NCBI RefSeq assembly: GCF_964194155.1
Contig: NC_135888.1
Coordinates: forward strand, 61,504,001-61,568,000
Reading direction: 5' to 3'
Length of the DNA stretch: 64,000 bases
From: Cetorhinus maximus
Lineage: Eukaryota
Below, piece by piece: positions 12,124 through 24,944 of this stretch (positions within the stretch are counted from its first letter, which is position 1; every line of letters begins with the position of its first letter). Made by a program: the position numbers and the translations under genes. The notes under the pieces were generated by a model that was given only the letters and a program-made list of their open reading frames with translations, had not been told where the DNA came from and did not search any database.

Positions 12124-13032
12124 TGTAATATGCCTTTAAGGGATTGCATCATGGCATCACTAGAAGGAAATATGTCATGTGATCCAGTTTTAATTTCGCT
12201 TTTGTTTTTGAGCAGACAGTCACATCTCTGCTGCTGATGCGTTGAAGTTTTATACTCATGGGGAGAATTTTTAGATCAGTGAGCAGGGGCAGGGCCTGTT
12301 CGCTGATGTATTTAATGATGTGGGGTGACGGCGGGCGCGCAGCCGACTCGACTGCGCATGCGCTGACCTGTTAACAGTCACTTAAGGCCATTAATAAAGT
12401 AATTAAAACATTTAATGGACGTGTCTGTCCAACCTCAAGGTTGGTGGGCAGGCAAAGAGCCCAGGCAGCCTTCAGAAAAAACATGAAACCTCATCCACGG
12501 GCGGGATGAGATTTAATGAGGGATTTAAAATATTCCAGAAATTTTTAAATAAAAGTAATGGACATGTCCCAGCTCATGTGACAGTGTCACATGAGGGGAC
12601 ATGTCAATATTTTTTTTCCTCAACTTTATTCAATGTTTGAAACCTGAGCTGATCTCCCTGAGGCAGCACTTTGCCTCAGGGAGATCTGTGCGCTCTTTTG
12701 CGTGCATGCACGAAAAAGCACACTCCCGGCTCAGGGAATCCCCCCCGCCGCCTGCACAGGGGGCGCATAGCGCTTCCTGGCACACATCACGCTGGGCGGG
12801 CCTTAATTGACCTGCCCACATAAAACGGCGGCGTGTCCCCAACCGGTACCGTCGATCGGGAACCTGCCTGCTCACGCCTACTCCCGCACAACCCCCCTCC
12901 CCCCCGCCCAATGGGGGGAAGATCCCGCCCCATGTATATCTGTTCACATGTGCCTAGAATTAATAATTGAACCCACAACTTGTTTACTTGATCCCTTGAG
13001 TAATTGGTGTCTTTATATCATTATAATACACA
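12124..13032 (+). mobile_element. Solo LTR split by a MITE
   Basis: TGTAATATGCCTTTAAGGG start; both flanks match an uninterrupted inverted copy at ~61298-61541. Confidence 0.65.
12260..12930. mobile_element. PIF/Harbinger-like MITE
   Basis: GGGGAGAATTTT / AAGATCCCGCCC termini, TSD CAT, internal hairpins. Confidence 0.85.
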
Positions 13033-13223
13033 TTATACAGAGCAACATTTCCTAAGTGCTCGATTGACAATGGGTTAGGCGTAAACTGACAAACAACATT
13101 TATGAAATAGCAAAAGACCCAGTAAATGAAGTGAGCCTCTGATTTAATTATATCATTCCCAAATTTGAGCCAGAGAATGCAAGATTTGAATGCCTCTCTA
13201 GACAGTCACAGTGAGTAGAGACA

Positions 13224-13426
13224 TGTAATAAACTTGGTGTACTGGATATGTTTCTTGTTAGAAACAGTAAACTTTATTTACAGAGCTCCAGATGATGCTA
13301 CAATTTTGTACCAAGACCAAGACTAGAAAGCTCCGCTGCTAAGATTACTCACACTTTGGGCTGATTCGTCAGTACAGTCACATGATCCACAAAGCAGTAT
13401 GAAAGATTTCACTTATAATTACTACA
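13224..13426 (-). mobile_element. Solo LTR of the same Gypsy family
   Basis: TGTAAT...ACTACA termini; aligns along its length with 5651-5855; no clean TSD. Confidence 0.85.
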
Positions 13427-14038
13427 AGGCCGGAACTCTGGCTTTGAATGCTTGTGCCCAATGGGTGTAGGTGGGAAACAAATAAGTTATGGGAGTCTAT
13501 AAAACCCTACCACCTTTTCGCACAAGCCACTCAATTGACTGACATAAAGGTGGTCATGGCCATAGACAGAGGATCTTGTCATGGCCTATCAGAGTGGTAA
13601 TCAGGAAAGTGTGCGAAGATAAAATAATCCAAACTAATGGTAATGTACTGCTCCCTGGCCTGTCTATCTTTCTTCTAAATTTTCACATACGCTCTCCAAT
13701 TTGAACCACACAAAGAAATCTTTTTCATAAAATGACTCAGAGCAAACAAATTTAGATAGCTTTTGTTTTCTTAAATTCAAAGGAAAAACCAAGGTTTTGA
13801 AGGTGAAATTTTCAATTCACTCAGGGTGATGTGATAGGTGGGTTATTTTCTACCCCAGAATTGGGTAACAAAGGTGGGTTGAGGATGGGTTGGTCTCTGG
13901 GCTCCAGGTCCCATTGAACTGATATCACACTTCATAACCAACTGAGACTGGGATTTCAGTAGGGCTCAGGGCCTGTGTAGGACTCTTAACCAGGGGGTTT
14001 CACTCCCTCTAAGGACCTCACCCCGTACTTGGTATCAA

Positions 14039-14612
14039 TGACATGAAACAAACTATGGATACAATTTCCACTTTATGTGGAAAGCTTTTATTAACCCACG
14101 AAGCAATAATATATACTACAACACCAGTTGCTTAGTAAGACCCACATGCAGGAGCTCGTTCACTGGTAGTTGGTATGCTGAACAAATTCCTCCACACAAC
14201 TTTTTGTGACTGACCAAATCAGCACTGTCCTTGGGAGCTGTGGCTTTATACCCCTTTCTGATTCTGGTCTCTCGCCATATAAAGTAATGTCGTAACTCAA
14301 GTCACCTGATTGGATTATCAATCCCACCCTGACCATGCAAAGGTGCACGTGATCATTTCCTGCTCTCAGCAGGAGGTGTCTCCAGGTACCTGCCAGCAAT
14401 GGATATTATTTACATATCTTGGTAAGGCAAGAAGAAAGCCATTCACACTCACCCGAGAGACCATTGTCTAGGTTAGTTTCTGTAATCAGTGTCTGGTGGT
14501 GAGCCAACGCCCCAGTGGCATGTCCTGATACGTCTGTCTGTGTATCCTTGTCTAGTCTTTATTTTTTTTAAAGTTCCATATAAGCCTCAGAGATGATGCC
14601 TTCAGTCAGAAA
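14039..14612 (-). mobile_element. Candidate 3' LTR of a retrovirus-like element
   Basis: On minus: purine tract GAAGGGAGAAGA just before it, then CCAAT (~14310), TATAAA (~14245), AATAAA (~14087), end ...TGTCA. Confidence 0.55.
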
Positions 14613-14899
14613 TCTTCTCCCTTCATCCAATGTCCTCCACACTCCATGTTCCTGCCACCTGGTTCTGAGCTCAGGATGTTGGTCCACATCACAACTGGTC
14701 ACATTTTGAGACAGGTATAAAGATGATACATATTAAAAAGAAACAAAGGGAGGCCTTACAGCATCACAGAAATACACAAAACGTCAAAATGCCTTACAGC
14801 ATCCATCCTTCAGTGTATTATTTCACCTACAAACACAACCACGCTTGCAAATCAAAACCATTCACATCATTCCGTCCCATCAGTAACATTTTCACCCAC

Positions 14900-15400
14900 T
14901 GTTCTCTCCTACATTTGTGTCAACAACATAGATCATACAACAATAAGTGACTGTACAACAACCAGTACATGAGATATAATTCATACCCAAGGATGTATTG
15001 TGAGGCTAAGACTAAGGTCCCACCAGTGGCGATCATCACCATCATGTCTGGTATGTCTACCTTCATTTCCCTGTTCTTTTATTGAAGGGTATAAAAGTGT
15101 TTGTTGGAAGTGTTAACCCTCTGTAACAGTACTATAAAATATTTGGGCAACGGGGGTAAATCACACCCAAAATGGGCAACATACTCATGTAGCTGTCCTT
15201 TCAAGGCATCCCTTAAAGTAATATTTACGTCCATGAGCATAAACATTCAATAATACCCGTGCACCCAGTCTAACAGGTCGAACTGGGGTAAAACTAAAAG
15301 TCCCGTTCAGAATAGGACAAATTAGGCCCCCGTACTGGTTTTCCGGCGTACGGTTGGGATACAATATTCCCCCTTTCCTTTGTTTGTCTCATGTGTAGGG
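14900..15400 (-). pseudogene. Degraded env-like (fusion glycoprotein C-terminal) fragment
   Basis: Manual translation across frameshifts and stops: GKGEYCIPT / QYGGLICPILNGTFSFTPVRPVRLG / DVNITLRD...LPPLP...LLQRVNTSNKHFYTLQ / RHWWDLSLSLTIHPWV*IISHVLVVVQSLIVV* (hydrophobic, TM-like). Confidence 0.5.
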
Positions 15401-15474
15401 AACTCTGCTCCCCAGGTCACCATGATTATGCATTATGCATTGGACCTTCCCGATTCGAAGATGGCAAACAAATG

Positions 15475-15920
15475 AAGATCTTGCATTTACATAGTGCCCT
15501 TGGTAACCTTAGGATATTCCAAAGTGCTTTGCAGCCAATTAAGTACTTTTGAAGTATAGTCACTGCTGTATGTAGCAAATATGGTAGCAAGTTGGTGCAC
15601 AACAAGCTCCCACCAAGATCAGTGAGACCATGATCACATAATCTGTTTTAGTGATGTTGACTGAGGGATAAATATTGGTCAGCGCACTGGGAAGAATCTT
15701 TTGCTCTACTTCACATGCCATGGGATCTTTTGCATCCTGAGAGGGCAGACCAAGTCTCAGTTTAACGTCTCATGCAAATGTTGTCGCTCTGACTGTGTAG
15801 CATTCCCTTAGTTCTGCACCAAAATCTTAGCCTGGATTATGTGCTCATGTCCTTGGAGTTGGACTTGAACCCCATAACCTTCTGATTTAGAGATGTTACC
15901 GACTGAGCCACAGCTGACAT
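15475..15920 (-). mobile_element. tRNA-derived Deu-domain SINE (SacSINE1/AmnSINE-like)
   Basis: tRNA A/B boxes at the right end; CCATGGGATCTTT, GGGATAAATATTGG, AAGTACTTTTGAAG core; TTGCATTTACATAG tail. Confidence 0.8.
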
Positions 15921-16319
15921 CAAGGTTGGGATTTTACGGGAGGGTGGTGGCCATGTCCACCGGCTCTGAAGTCAAGGGCAATCCCGCCTAGGCAGTTTCT
16001 GAGCCCCAAATAGACTTTATGACTTTATTTCTGTCAGGCAGCTAATGAGCTGCCGTTGGGGCTGCTGTCTCCTTAAGGTACAGCTTCCTAAACCGTGGAT
16101 CGTGACACCCCCAGTAGGGTCGCGTGACAAGATTTTGAGGTTGCAAGGTCTGATGAAGCAATAGCTGCCATGGAGCTCAGACTGATTTCCGACAGCTGAG
16201 AAGCCCCTTTAAATCCTCACGTTTTTTTTTCTTGGTGGGTGTGGCCTAATGGACAGCCCTCTGAGGCCTGATTGCTGCTGCAAAAAAAAAAGCCTTTGAA
16301 AATGTAGGTGTCCCAGAGG

Positions 16320-16740
16320 GGCAGCGGAGGCTCAGGGTGACAAAGGCTCTGGAGAGAGATGGTGAAGGCTCAGGAGAGGGGAGGAAATGGTCTGGAGAGA
16401 GGCAGCTAAGGCTCTGGGGAGGGACAGTGAGGGCTAGGGGAAAGAGCGATGGGAGCTTGGGGGAGGGGTGGTGAGAGCTCTATGGGAGTGCAGAGAGGGG
16501 TCTAGGGAAGGACTGTTGATGGCTGGGGGAGGGGCACTGAGAGCTTGGGGGAGCAGAGATGAGGGGTCCAGGGAGGGGCAGCGAGAGCTCAGAAAGGGCT
16601 AGTGAGGGCCCTGGGAAGAGGTGGTGAGGGCTCAACAGAGGATGGTGAGAAGTTGGGGAGGGCACGCACAAGATACAATGGAGGGAGTGGGGCAGTGGCA
16701 GACAGTACGGCCCCCAGAGCTGCAGGCAGTAAGAGGTAGA
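16320..16740 (+). repeat. Degenerate purine-rich minisatellite (~22-bp unit) in a hAT-like remnant
   Basis: Recurring GGCAGTGAGGGCTCTGGGGAGG-like units; hAT-like start CAGCTTCCTAAACCGTGGATCGTGAC at ~16081. Confidence 0.5.
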
Positions 16741-17674
16741 GATAGAGTGATTGACACGGGTGTGTGATGACATCAAATGTGCAGGCATGCCCTATATTGG
16801 CACCGGCAATGGCTGCACACCAACGATATTTGTGGTGGAAGAAACTACTTGCATCGGCGGACAGAGCGCAAGTTGAGGGTGTATGTGCAAAGGCACCTGG
16901 CAGATCGATATCAGGAATTACATGCGTTAATAAATGAGCATGACATCAGCACTCACCAATGCTTGTGGAGTTCTTAAAGGAGTTCCAGCTATCCCCTCAA
17001 GGTGAAAGAATTTGGACTTGGTAATGATTTTGGCTTCGGGGAATCATTTGATTCGGGTCATATTGGGTTACCTGGCCACTGTACACCTCTCACCATTTTC
17101 ATTTCCACTCAAGTCCATGGCAATGAAAATTGGATAAGATGTATAATGAAATCAATGTCAATTTTATCCTATTTCTCATAGTTACAATTACCCCAACTTA
17201 GTTCTTGATATAGCCTAATCCAAACAAAAACTCACATCCCACCACCCACCCCCTCAAGTTTTACAATGCACTTTTTGCTTCAGCCTTTAGTCCTTGCAGT
17301 CTCTATTCTGCCTCTCCAATTAATTATGACAATATGTTCCGATGTGCTAGCACCAATTGCCCTCTGAGCATTCGTTTTTCCTGTGAGATTCTGGGTGATA
17401 ATAATGATATTCAATCACAACATAGCCTGTTCCTGTTCTCATCCAAATTTCACGTCTCAACAATTTTGAAAAGGGGCTCACTGGATAAGAATGGGAACAG
17501 CCAGTCTATTTCTTATCTCCCTCCTCTCCCCCATCCAGTGACAATGAGGCAAATCTGTTACACTCAGCTAGAACCAGGAAGCACAGCACAGGCACAGGAT
17601 CGAGCCTGGCACTGTTTGAGTTCCCATTGCTCAGGGCATCTCACTAGCTGAGCTATAGGAGGAACTCTTTAATC

Positions 17675-19110
17675 TCACAGAGTCACAGAATCTTAATGGC
17701 TCAGAGGGAGGCCATCGGCCCATCGTGTCTGCACCGGCTCTCCAAATAAACATTATGCCCTAGTGCCACTGCCCTGCCTTTTCCCTGTGCCCTTGCACAT
17801 TCTTTCTATTCAAATAATCATCTAATGTCCTCTTGAATGCCTCAATTGAACCTGCCTCCACTACACTTCCAGGCAGTGCATTCCAGACCCGAACCATTCT
17901 TTGTGTGAAAAAGCTTTTTGTCATGTCACACATGCTTCTTTTGCAAAGCACTTCAAATCTGTGCCCTCTCGTTCTTGATCTTTTTACGGGTGGGAACAGC
18001 TTCTCCCTATCTACTCTATCTAGCTCCCTCATGATTTTGAACATCTCTATCAAATCTCCTCTCAGTCTTCCTCTCTCCAAGGAGAACAGTCTCCATCTCT
18101 CCAATCTATCCTCATAGCTGAAGTTTCTCATCCCTGGAACCATTCTTGTAAACCTCTTCTGCACTCTCTCCAATGTGTTCACATCCTTCCTATAATATGG
18201 TGCCCAGAACTGTACACAATTTTCCAGCTGAGGTCTAACGAGGGTCTCATATAAACTCAGCATAACCTCCTTGTTCTTGTACTCTATGTCCCTATTAATA
18301 AAGCCCAGGATGCTATATGCTTTGTTAACTGCTCTCTCCACCTGTCCTGCCACCCTCAATGACCTATGCACATATACACTCAAGTCTTTCTGCTCCTGCA
18401 CCCCATTCAAAATTTCACCCCTTATTTTATATTGTCTGTCCATGTTCTCCCTACCAAAATGTATCACCTCACACTTCTCTGCGTGGAACTTCATCTGCCA
18501 CCTATCTGCCCAATGCACCAACTTGTCTATGTCCTCTTGAAGTTCCACACCATCCTCCTCGCAGGTCACAATGCTCCCAAGCTTCGTATCATCCGCAAAG
18601 TTTGCAATTGTCCCCAGCACACCAAGATCTAGATCATTAATGTATATCAGGAAAAGCAAGGGTCCTAATACCGACCCCTAGGGAACTCCACTACAAACCT
18701 TCCTCCAGCCTGAAAAATATCCATTGACCATTACTCTCTGCTTCCTATTTTTCAGCCAATTTTGTATCCACGTTGCTACTGTCCCTTTTATTCCATGAGC
18801 AATAACTTTTCTCACGAGTTATTTGTGTGGCACTGATCAAATGCCTTTTGAAAATCCATATACACCACATCAGCAGCATTACCCTCATCGACATTTTCAG
18901 TTACCTCTTCAAAAAACTCCAGCAAGCTAGTTAAACATGATTTCTCCTTTAAAAATGCATGCTGGCTCTTCCTTATCAACCCGTATTTTTCCATGTGATG
19001 ATTAATTCTATCCCAAATAATTGTTTCTAGAATCCTGCCCATTGCTGAAGTTAAACTGACTGGTCTGTAATTGCTGGGCCTTTATCCTTACAACATTATT
19101 TTGAACAAGG
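17675..19110 (-). mobile_element. CR1 LINE, 5'-truncated, with a 299-aa open RT C-terminus
   Basis: YMDFQKAFD, GSVLGP, LFLIYINDL, FADDTKL, LERVQKRFTRM; ORF 17760-18659; TTCTGTGA tail. Confidence 0.93.
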
Positions 19111-19915
19111 GTGTAATGTTTGTGTAATCTCAGTTTTGCTAAAATCTGAAATAATAAAGATTCATAGGGCCAACTAAATGTAATCTTGAATCAACAAAAA
19201 CAAGAATGATTTAATCATCGTGGTAACCTATTGCTTGCTAAACCCAGTAAGTTGCTGTGAAAGGAACACTAACTTGTCAAATGTGACCCTTTCAATAGAG
19301 TGCTTATATTTCCCTACTCTCCTGGGTGTAGTTATGTTGCTGGACTCGTAATCCAGAGAACCAGAATTCATATCCCACCATGGCAATTTAAGACTTCATA
19401 TTTAGTTTTTAAAACCATTTTGGAAATAAAAAGGGTGGGGAGGATTTTTGACCTGAGATGGAGGTGGGGTTCGAGGGGGGGTGCTGGTGTGTAATTCCGT
19501 GCCATCAGCTGGCATGTGGGATTGCCAGCATCACCCCACTCCCCATCCAGCACCCCACTCGCCCTGCAGAGCCATTTGTTTACCAGCATCATGACCGTCT
19601 CCATCCTCCCCAGCCTAAGCCATTTTGCTAGAGATGGCGGGAAACCTATGAAGCTAATTAAAATTAAAGCCATGGATTAGAGTCTGATTGGTGGGCTCCC
19701 TGCGGTGTTGGCAGCAAGGCAGCTGCCTTGGGGCACAGAGTGGGCAACCAGTCTGCCAGGAAGATTCTGAGTTCCCCCCACCACCACCCCCACCCACACT
19801 CCCCACCACTTGCCTACCTGGCCACAGATCTGGCCGCAGGCTGCTCTTTAGAGGGATTTGCCCAACACAATGATAGCCTCCCAGAAGGGAAAAAAAAACA
19901 GTTGAAAATTAAAGA

Positions 19916-20326
19916 AAGAAAGACTTGCATTTAGATAGCACCTTTCACAACCACCAGAAGTCCCAAAGCATTTTACAAGCAATGAAGTATTTTTTTTTAC
20001 TGTTATGATGTAGGAAACGCCGCAGCTTATATGCATACAGCAAATTCCCACAGCCAGCAATATGTGAATGACCAGATAACCTGTTTTTGTGATATTGTTG
20101 GAGGGATAAACATTGGCCAAGACACAGGATCTTTTATATCCACCTCAGCAAGTAGATGGGGCCTTGGTTTAATATCTCATCTGAAAGATGGCACCTACCG
20201 ACGGTGCAGTCCTCCCTCAGCACAACTCTGGAAAGTCAGCCTTGATTTTTAGGCCCAAGGTTTGGTGTGGGACTGAACCTGGAGATTTAGGGTCAAGTGT
20301 GCTATCTACTGAGCCATGGCTGACAC
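19916..20326 (-). mobile_element. Deu-domain SINE
   Basis: Same core and tail motifs as 15475-15920. Confidence 0.8.
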
Positions 20327-22065
20327 TATTGGCCTGCTGTACAAAACACACTGGATTGCTAATGTCCTTTAGGGAAAGAAACCTACTATCCTTATCTGAT
20401 CGAGCCTACCTGTAACTGCAGTCATACTCCAACGTAGATAATTGCTTTCTGAACTGGCCCAATATGCCATTTGGCTGTGTCAAACCACTACTGGGCAATC
20501 AACGATAGGAAGTAAATGCCAACTGTGCCAATGATGCCCACATCCCAAGAATTAATTGTTTAAAATGTGTTGGTTTGTATAACTAGAAACACTTGCTGTT
20601 TACTTCAAACTTTTAAAAGCTGCTGAATAATTAATATAACTTTTGATCCTTTTTTAACTGACATATTTGGCAATGAATAATTTACAACATTACAAATTAC
20701 TGGTGCTACGTTGATGCTGGGAACATTCTAGAGGTGGCCTATCAGAGAAGAAATTGAACACTGGGTAACTGGATCATAAAAGTGAAAATTTATTTTTGTC
20801 ATAAATTATCCATTGTTCGTTAACATATTTTTACCATGTTAGTTAAAAAGAGTATAAAGTTATACTAGTTCATAAGCAGTTTTTAATAGTGTGAAGTAAG
20901 CAATGTGTGTTTCTATTTTTATAAAACAACACATTTGAAACAATTAATTCTTGGGATGCTGGCAAAGCTGGCATTTAGTTCATGTCTCTAGGCACCCAAT
21001 ACAATTAAATCACATGCTGGTCAGTTCAGAAAGCAGTCTCCCACATTAGAGTGGAATTGGAGTCACATGTATGCTAAATCGGATAGGGACAGTAGGTTTC
21101 TTTATGAAAGGACATGTGTTAACCAGTCGGGTCTTTATGAAAACCCAATAGCTTCATGACAACCCAATAGCTTCATGGTCACTTTTTCTGATATCAGCTG
21201 TTCATCTCCCAGATATGTTAAAAATGGAATTCAGATACCCAGACTACCATGGTTAGTTTTTAGTATAAGGCCTGTTGTAGTATAGTACCGCAGCGTATAG
21301 CGGGTGTATTAGTGTTCATGAAATTAGTCTTCAATAGGCAGTGGCCAGTACACCAACTGATCGAAGTTTCCCAAAGTCTCCATCCTCTGACTGTTGTGAA
21401 CAGTGTAACCAGCTGAGTGAAACCGCCTGAAACCTCCATTGGCTGGCCACATGGTTAACAATTACAGGAGCCTATCAGAAAGTGGAGATTTGGGGCAGCT
21501 GTTTGTGCTGTGTGCATTTTTATTTACATTGTGAGAAGCTTCCTGCCAGTTCTCACCATGCTGCTTGATGGCTGCAATCGTGCCGTTACTTAATTGAAGG
21601 CGATTCCATGAATAGTGAAGCTGGAGTCATATGTGGGCAACTTCAACGAGGTAAGTACTGACCTGCATGAAATAGCTGTGTGCTCAGTATGTTTAATCTG
21701 TGCAATTAATGTGCATGACGATGATAAATTGTTTGGGTGATGTGCCCACTATCGGCAGCTGTTGAGCATGGACATTGTATGTGGTGGGATCCATACCTCT
21801 TATCTTGAACTTGGCTGAGATCAGCTAATTCAGCATACACTAGTGTTACAGCCTGGGGCTTCATCAGTGAATGGCCCTGTTCCACACCAGGGCAATGAAC
21901 TTACCAAGTGAAACATCAGGGAAAGTGTATGAGACAGCTTCTTTATCGGGGCCATGGTGTTATGTTTAGCTTTAAGGATCACTTTACAGCCAATATTTGA
22001 TGCAAGAAATCTTTGAAGAACAAAGTATATTTATGAGTACAGCCCAAATCCATCATATATTGTCA

Positions 22066-22500
22066 GTGTCGACGGTTCAATGGTGGCACTCATGTTTCCC
22101 AGTCAGTAGGTCAAGGGCTCATAGTCTCACTTCAAGAAGTTAAGACAGAGGCTTGAGCACATGATCTGAAGTGTCAGTCTGAAGGAGTTCTGCACTGTTG
22201 TAAGTGCTATATTTAAGATGAGACATTAAACCGAGGCCCCATCTGTCCCCTCAGGTGGTAACAAGAGATCCCACGGCACTATGTTGAACAAGGGCGTTGG
22301 AATTCTCCCCAGGATCCCAGGTAGTATTCATCCCTCAACCAACATCACCAAAACAGACAACCTAGTTGTTACCACAGTGCAGTTTGTGGTAACACGCTAT
22401 ATGAAAATGGCTGCTATGTTTCCTAAATTACAATGATTACACTTCAAAAGTACTTTAGTAGCTGCATGCTTTGAGAAGTCCTAAAGCAGGTGAAAGGGAC
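22066..22500 (+). mobile_element. Deu-domain SINE immediately downstream of the GPCR stop, antisense to it
   Basis: GATGAGACATTAAACCGAGGCCCC, AGATCCCACGGCACT, CACTTCAAAAGTACTT. Confidence 0.8.
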
Positions 22501-22521
22501 TGTGTTTTCTGCTCCATGTTG

Positions 22522-23179
22522 TTATTGGCAACTATCCATGCTTTTTGCACTGCATTCTGCACCCTGAACAGTTTTGGTGAAGGTCACTATGGAAACCATA
22601 TCATCTCCGATGTCAACCCGTACCCTCCAGCGCCGGCAGACCAACATCTTCTTCAAGGCTTGTTGAAAATCCCGGTTGAGGAAGGCATAGAGTAGGGGGT
22701 TGATGGTGGAATTGCAATATCCGAACCAGGTGATGACTTTAAATACACGGTTAATGGTGGCACTGTTGAGCTGTGAGCCACTGACAGCGATGCAGATGTT
22801 GAAGGCAAAGTAGGGGAGCCAGCACAGCACGAAGACCGATATGATGATACTCATGGTCCTGGTGGCCTTGTGCTCCAGCTGTAGGTTATCTTGCCGCCTG
22901 CTGTCGGGATGATAGTGGAGGTCGAGCGTTTGCGACATGACCCGTACTGCCTTCAGGCGGGAGGCTCGGTATATGAAGAAGTACATGGTGCACATGATCA
23001 GGAAAGGGATGTAGAAGGCCAGCGCAGAGGCCACAATCGCGAAGATCCTGTTGGTGACGAACACGCACTCCCTGTTGCTGTCAAAGTCCACGCCCGGGAT
23101 TTCGTTCCAACCCTGCATCACAGGGAGGAATGAAATCAGGGAGGAGTAGACCCAGATGGCGATGGTCATGGCAATGCAC
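22522..23179 (-). CDS. Aminergic GPCR, coding exon 3 (TM4-TM7, helix 8, C-tail)
   Basis: ttcccacag|G TGC ATT GCC ATG; ISFLPVMQGWN, AFYIP, EHKATRT, CWLPYF, NPLLY, NRDF; stop at 22522. Spliced CDS 275+177+658=1110 nt = 369 aa + stop. Confidence 0.95.
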
Positions 23180-23226
23180 CTGTGGGAATGGAGGGAAAAT
23201 TAAAATAGCTTAGGAATCAGATGTCA

Positions 23227-23910
23227 GGGGCTGAATTTTTCCACAAAGTTGTTCTGCCACTGGAAATGAAAGCAGAGCTCGACCCTGGTGGGTGGCAGGT
23301 CCCTGGGCAGGATTTTTTTGCAACGCCCAGTTAAGAGGTCACTGCCGGGATTGGAATCCAGCTGAGGATGGCGAACTGCCTCTCCGAGCTGTCGGCCCAA
23401 TCAGAGGGCAGACTGCACTGAGGCTCAGCAGCACCATCGTTACAGCTTGCCACTGCTGAGGCTGGAGGATGAAGGAGAGGACCCCTCCATGCCGAGGCAC
23501 CCTCAAAGACAAAGGAAGCTGTTTTGAACGCCGGGCCTGGGGCACCTTCCATCGGCGGTGCTGTAGCAGCGAGGTCAATCATTGATGCTGGGGGGGACCC
23601 TATTGGTACTATGGACTGGCCACACTCTATGCCAGGAACCCACTGGGAGACCGCCAGAGTTTACCTGGCAGTCTCACAATGCAATGGCAGCCACTCACTA
23701 ACACGTGTAAAATGCTGCAGGGAGTGGGAAGTACCCCTTAATTTTGCACTTAATTGGCAGCTGTCGGCCATGCCTCTGAGGGCCCTGTTGCTGGTAATAC
23801 ACTGTGGCAGAAAAAAGACATTGGGCTCCCCTCCCGACACTTTCCACTGCTAATTTACCAGGCCTCCTGTTTCCCACACCGTCTCCAAAGGGTTGGTAAA
23901 ATCCAGCCCC
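23227..23910. mobile_element. PIF/Harbinger-like MITE in GPCR intron 2
   Basis: TIR GGGGCTGAATTTT / AAAATCCAGCCCC. Confidence 0.75.
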
Positions 23911-24618
23911 CTGTCTTATTAGCACAGAGAGTTGGTTCAGCATTAATAATCAGGTGTTCCAAAAAAGTTAAGCAAACCTTTGCTCAATCTGGGAGGCACC
24001 AGTTTCTAGGGGTGGTCTCACACTGCCTGCCTAAGGATGCATACAAAACTACAGCGTTGGTGCCGATTAGTTATATCAGTTCAGTTAGTAGCGTGCTCAC
24101 ATTGCGGTCAGAAGGTCATGGGTTCCAGTCTCACTCTGGTCAATTGGTCCTGTTCATAATCTAAGCTGACATATTCTCAGTGCCACAAACAGCGGCGTGA
24201 TCATGACAAGATAATCTGAAAAATGGTGCTTTCAATAGTATAGCACTTCACAGCCTGTATTATGTGCTCAGGTTCCTGGAGTGAGACTTGAACCTGCAAT
24301 TATCTGATTCTGACGTGACAGTGCTAACAACAGAGCCACAATTGTCCTGTGTCAAAAATAAAAAGTCACTGCCAATGTGCAGACCACGTTTGCTCAGAAT
24401 TGATTCTTAAAAATATGTAAATCATTTTGTGAAGTGTTTCGAGGTGTTCCAACAGTGATAAAGATCCAAATGAATACAAGTCCTTATTCTAATAGAGCAA
24501 TCTGAATATTATTTTCTCATTGAGTGAGGTGGTTTTTGATTCCCAGTCCTGTTTTACTCAGTAGAAAAGGATTTTGTGAATGAATGCCTCCTAAAGCATG
24601 AGGCCTGGTGACCCTTAC

Positions 24619-24795
24619 CTGCTGCGGGACATACATTTGGGGTAGCGATAAGGAGTAGCCACAGAACAGTAACGGTCCAAGCTGATGAAACAGAGCGTCA
24701 CGATCGAAGCTGTGCAAAACATCACATCAAATGAGATCCACACCTTGCAGAACAAACGGCCAAAGATCCAGATTCCAGTCACTTCATAGATTATG
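24619..24795 (-). CDS. Aminergic GPCR, coding exon 2 (ECL1, TM3, ICL2)
   Basis: tttctttgctcag|C ATA ATC...; WIFGRLFCKVWISFDVMFCTASIVTLCFISLDRY with D3.32 and DRY; ends AG|gtaagg; 177 nt, phase 2-2, keeps frame. Confidence 0.95.
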
Positions 24796-24944
24796 CTGAG
24801 CAAAGAAACAGATACCTTTAACCTGGGGTCTTCAAAGTGATGAAGGGTTTTGACAGAGTCAGTAATAAGGCTGGCAGCTGGACACAGGTTTGCAGGAGAA
24901 TCAGAGGAGAGATAGGAACAAACCTTCTCTACACCTACCTTAAT

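Noticed and set aside
16320-16740. CRISPR-like repeat-spacer array
   Set aside because: Degenerate tandem minisatellite without unique spacers, in a vertebrate context.
16777-16977. 66-aa ORF as a hAT transposase C-terminus
   Set aside because: No SERxFS-type dimerisation motif; the resemblance is too vague.
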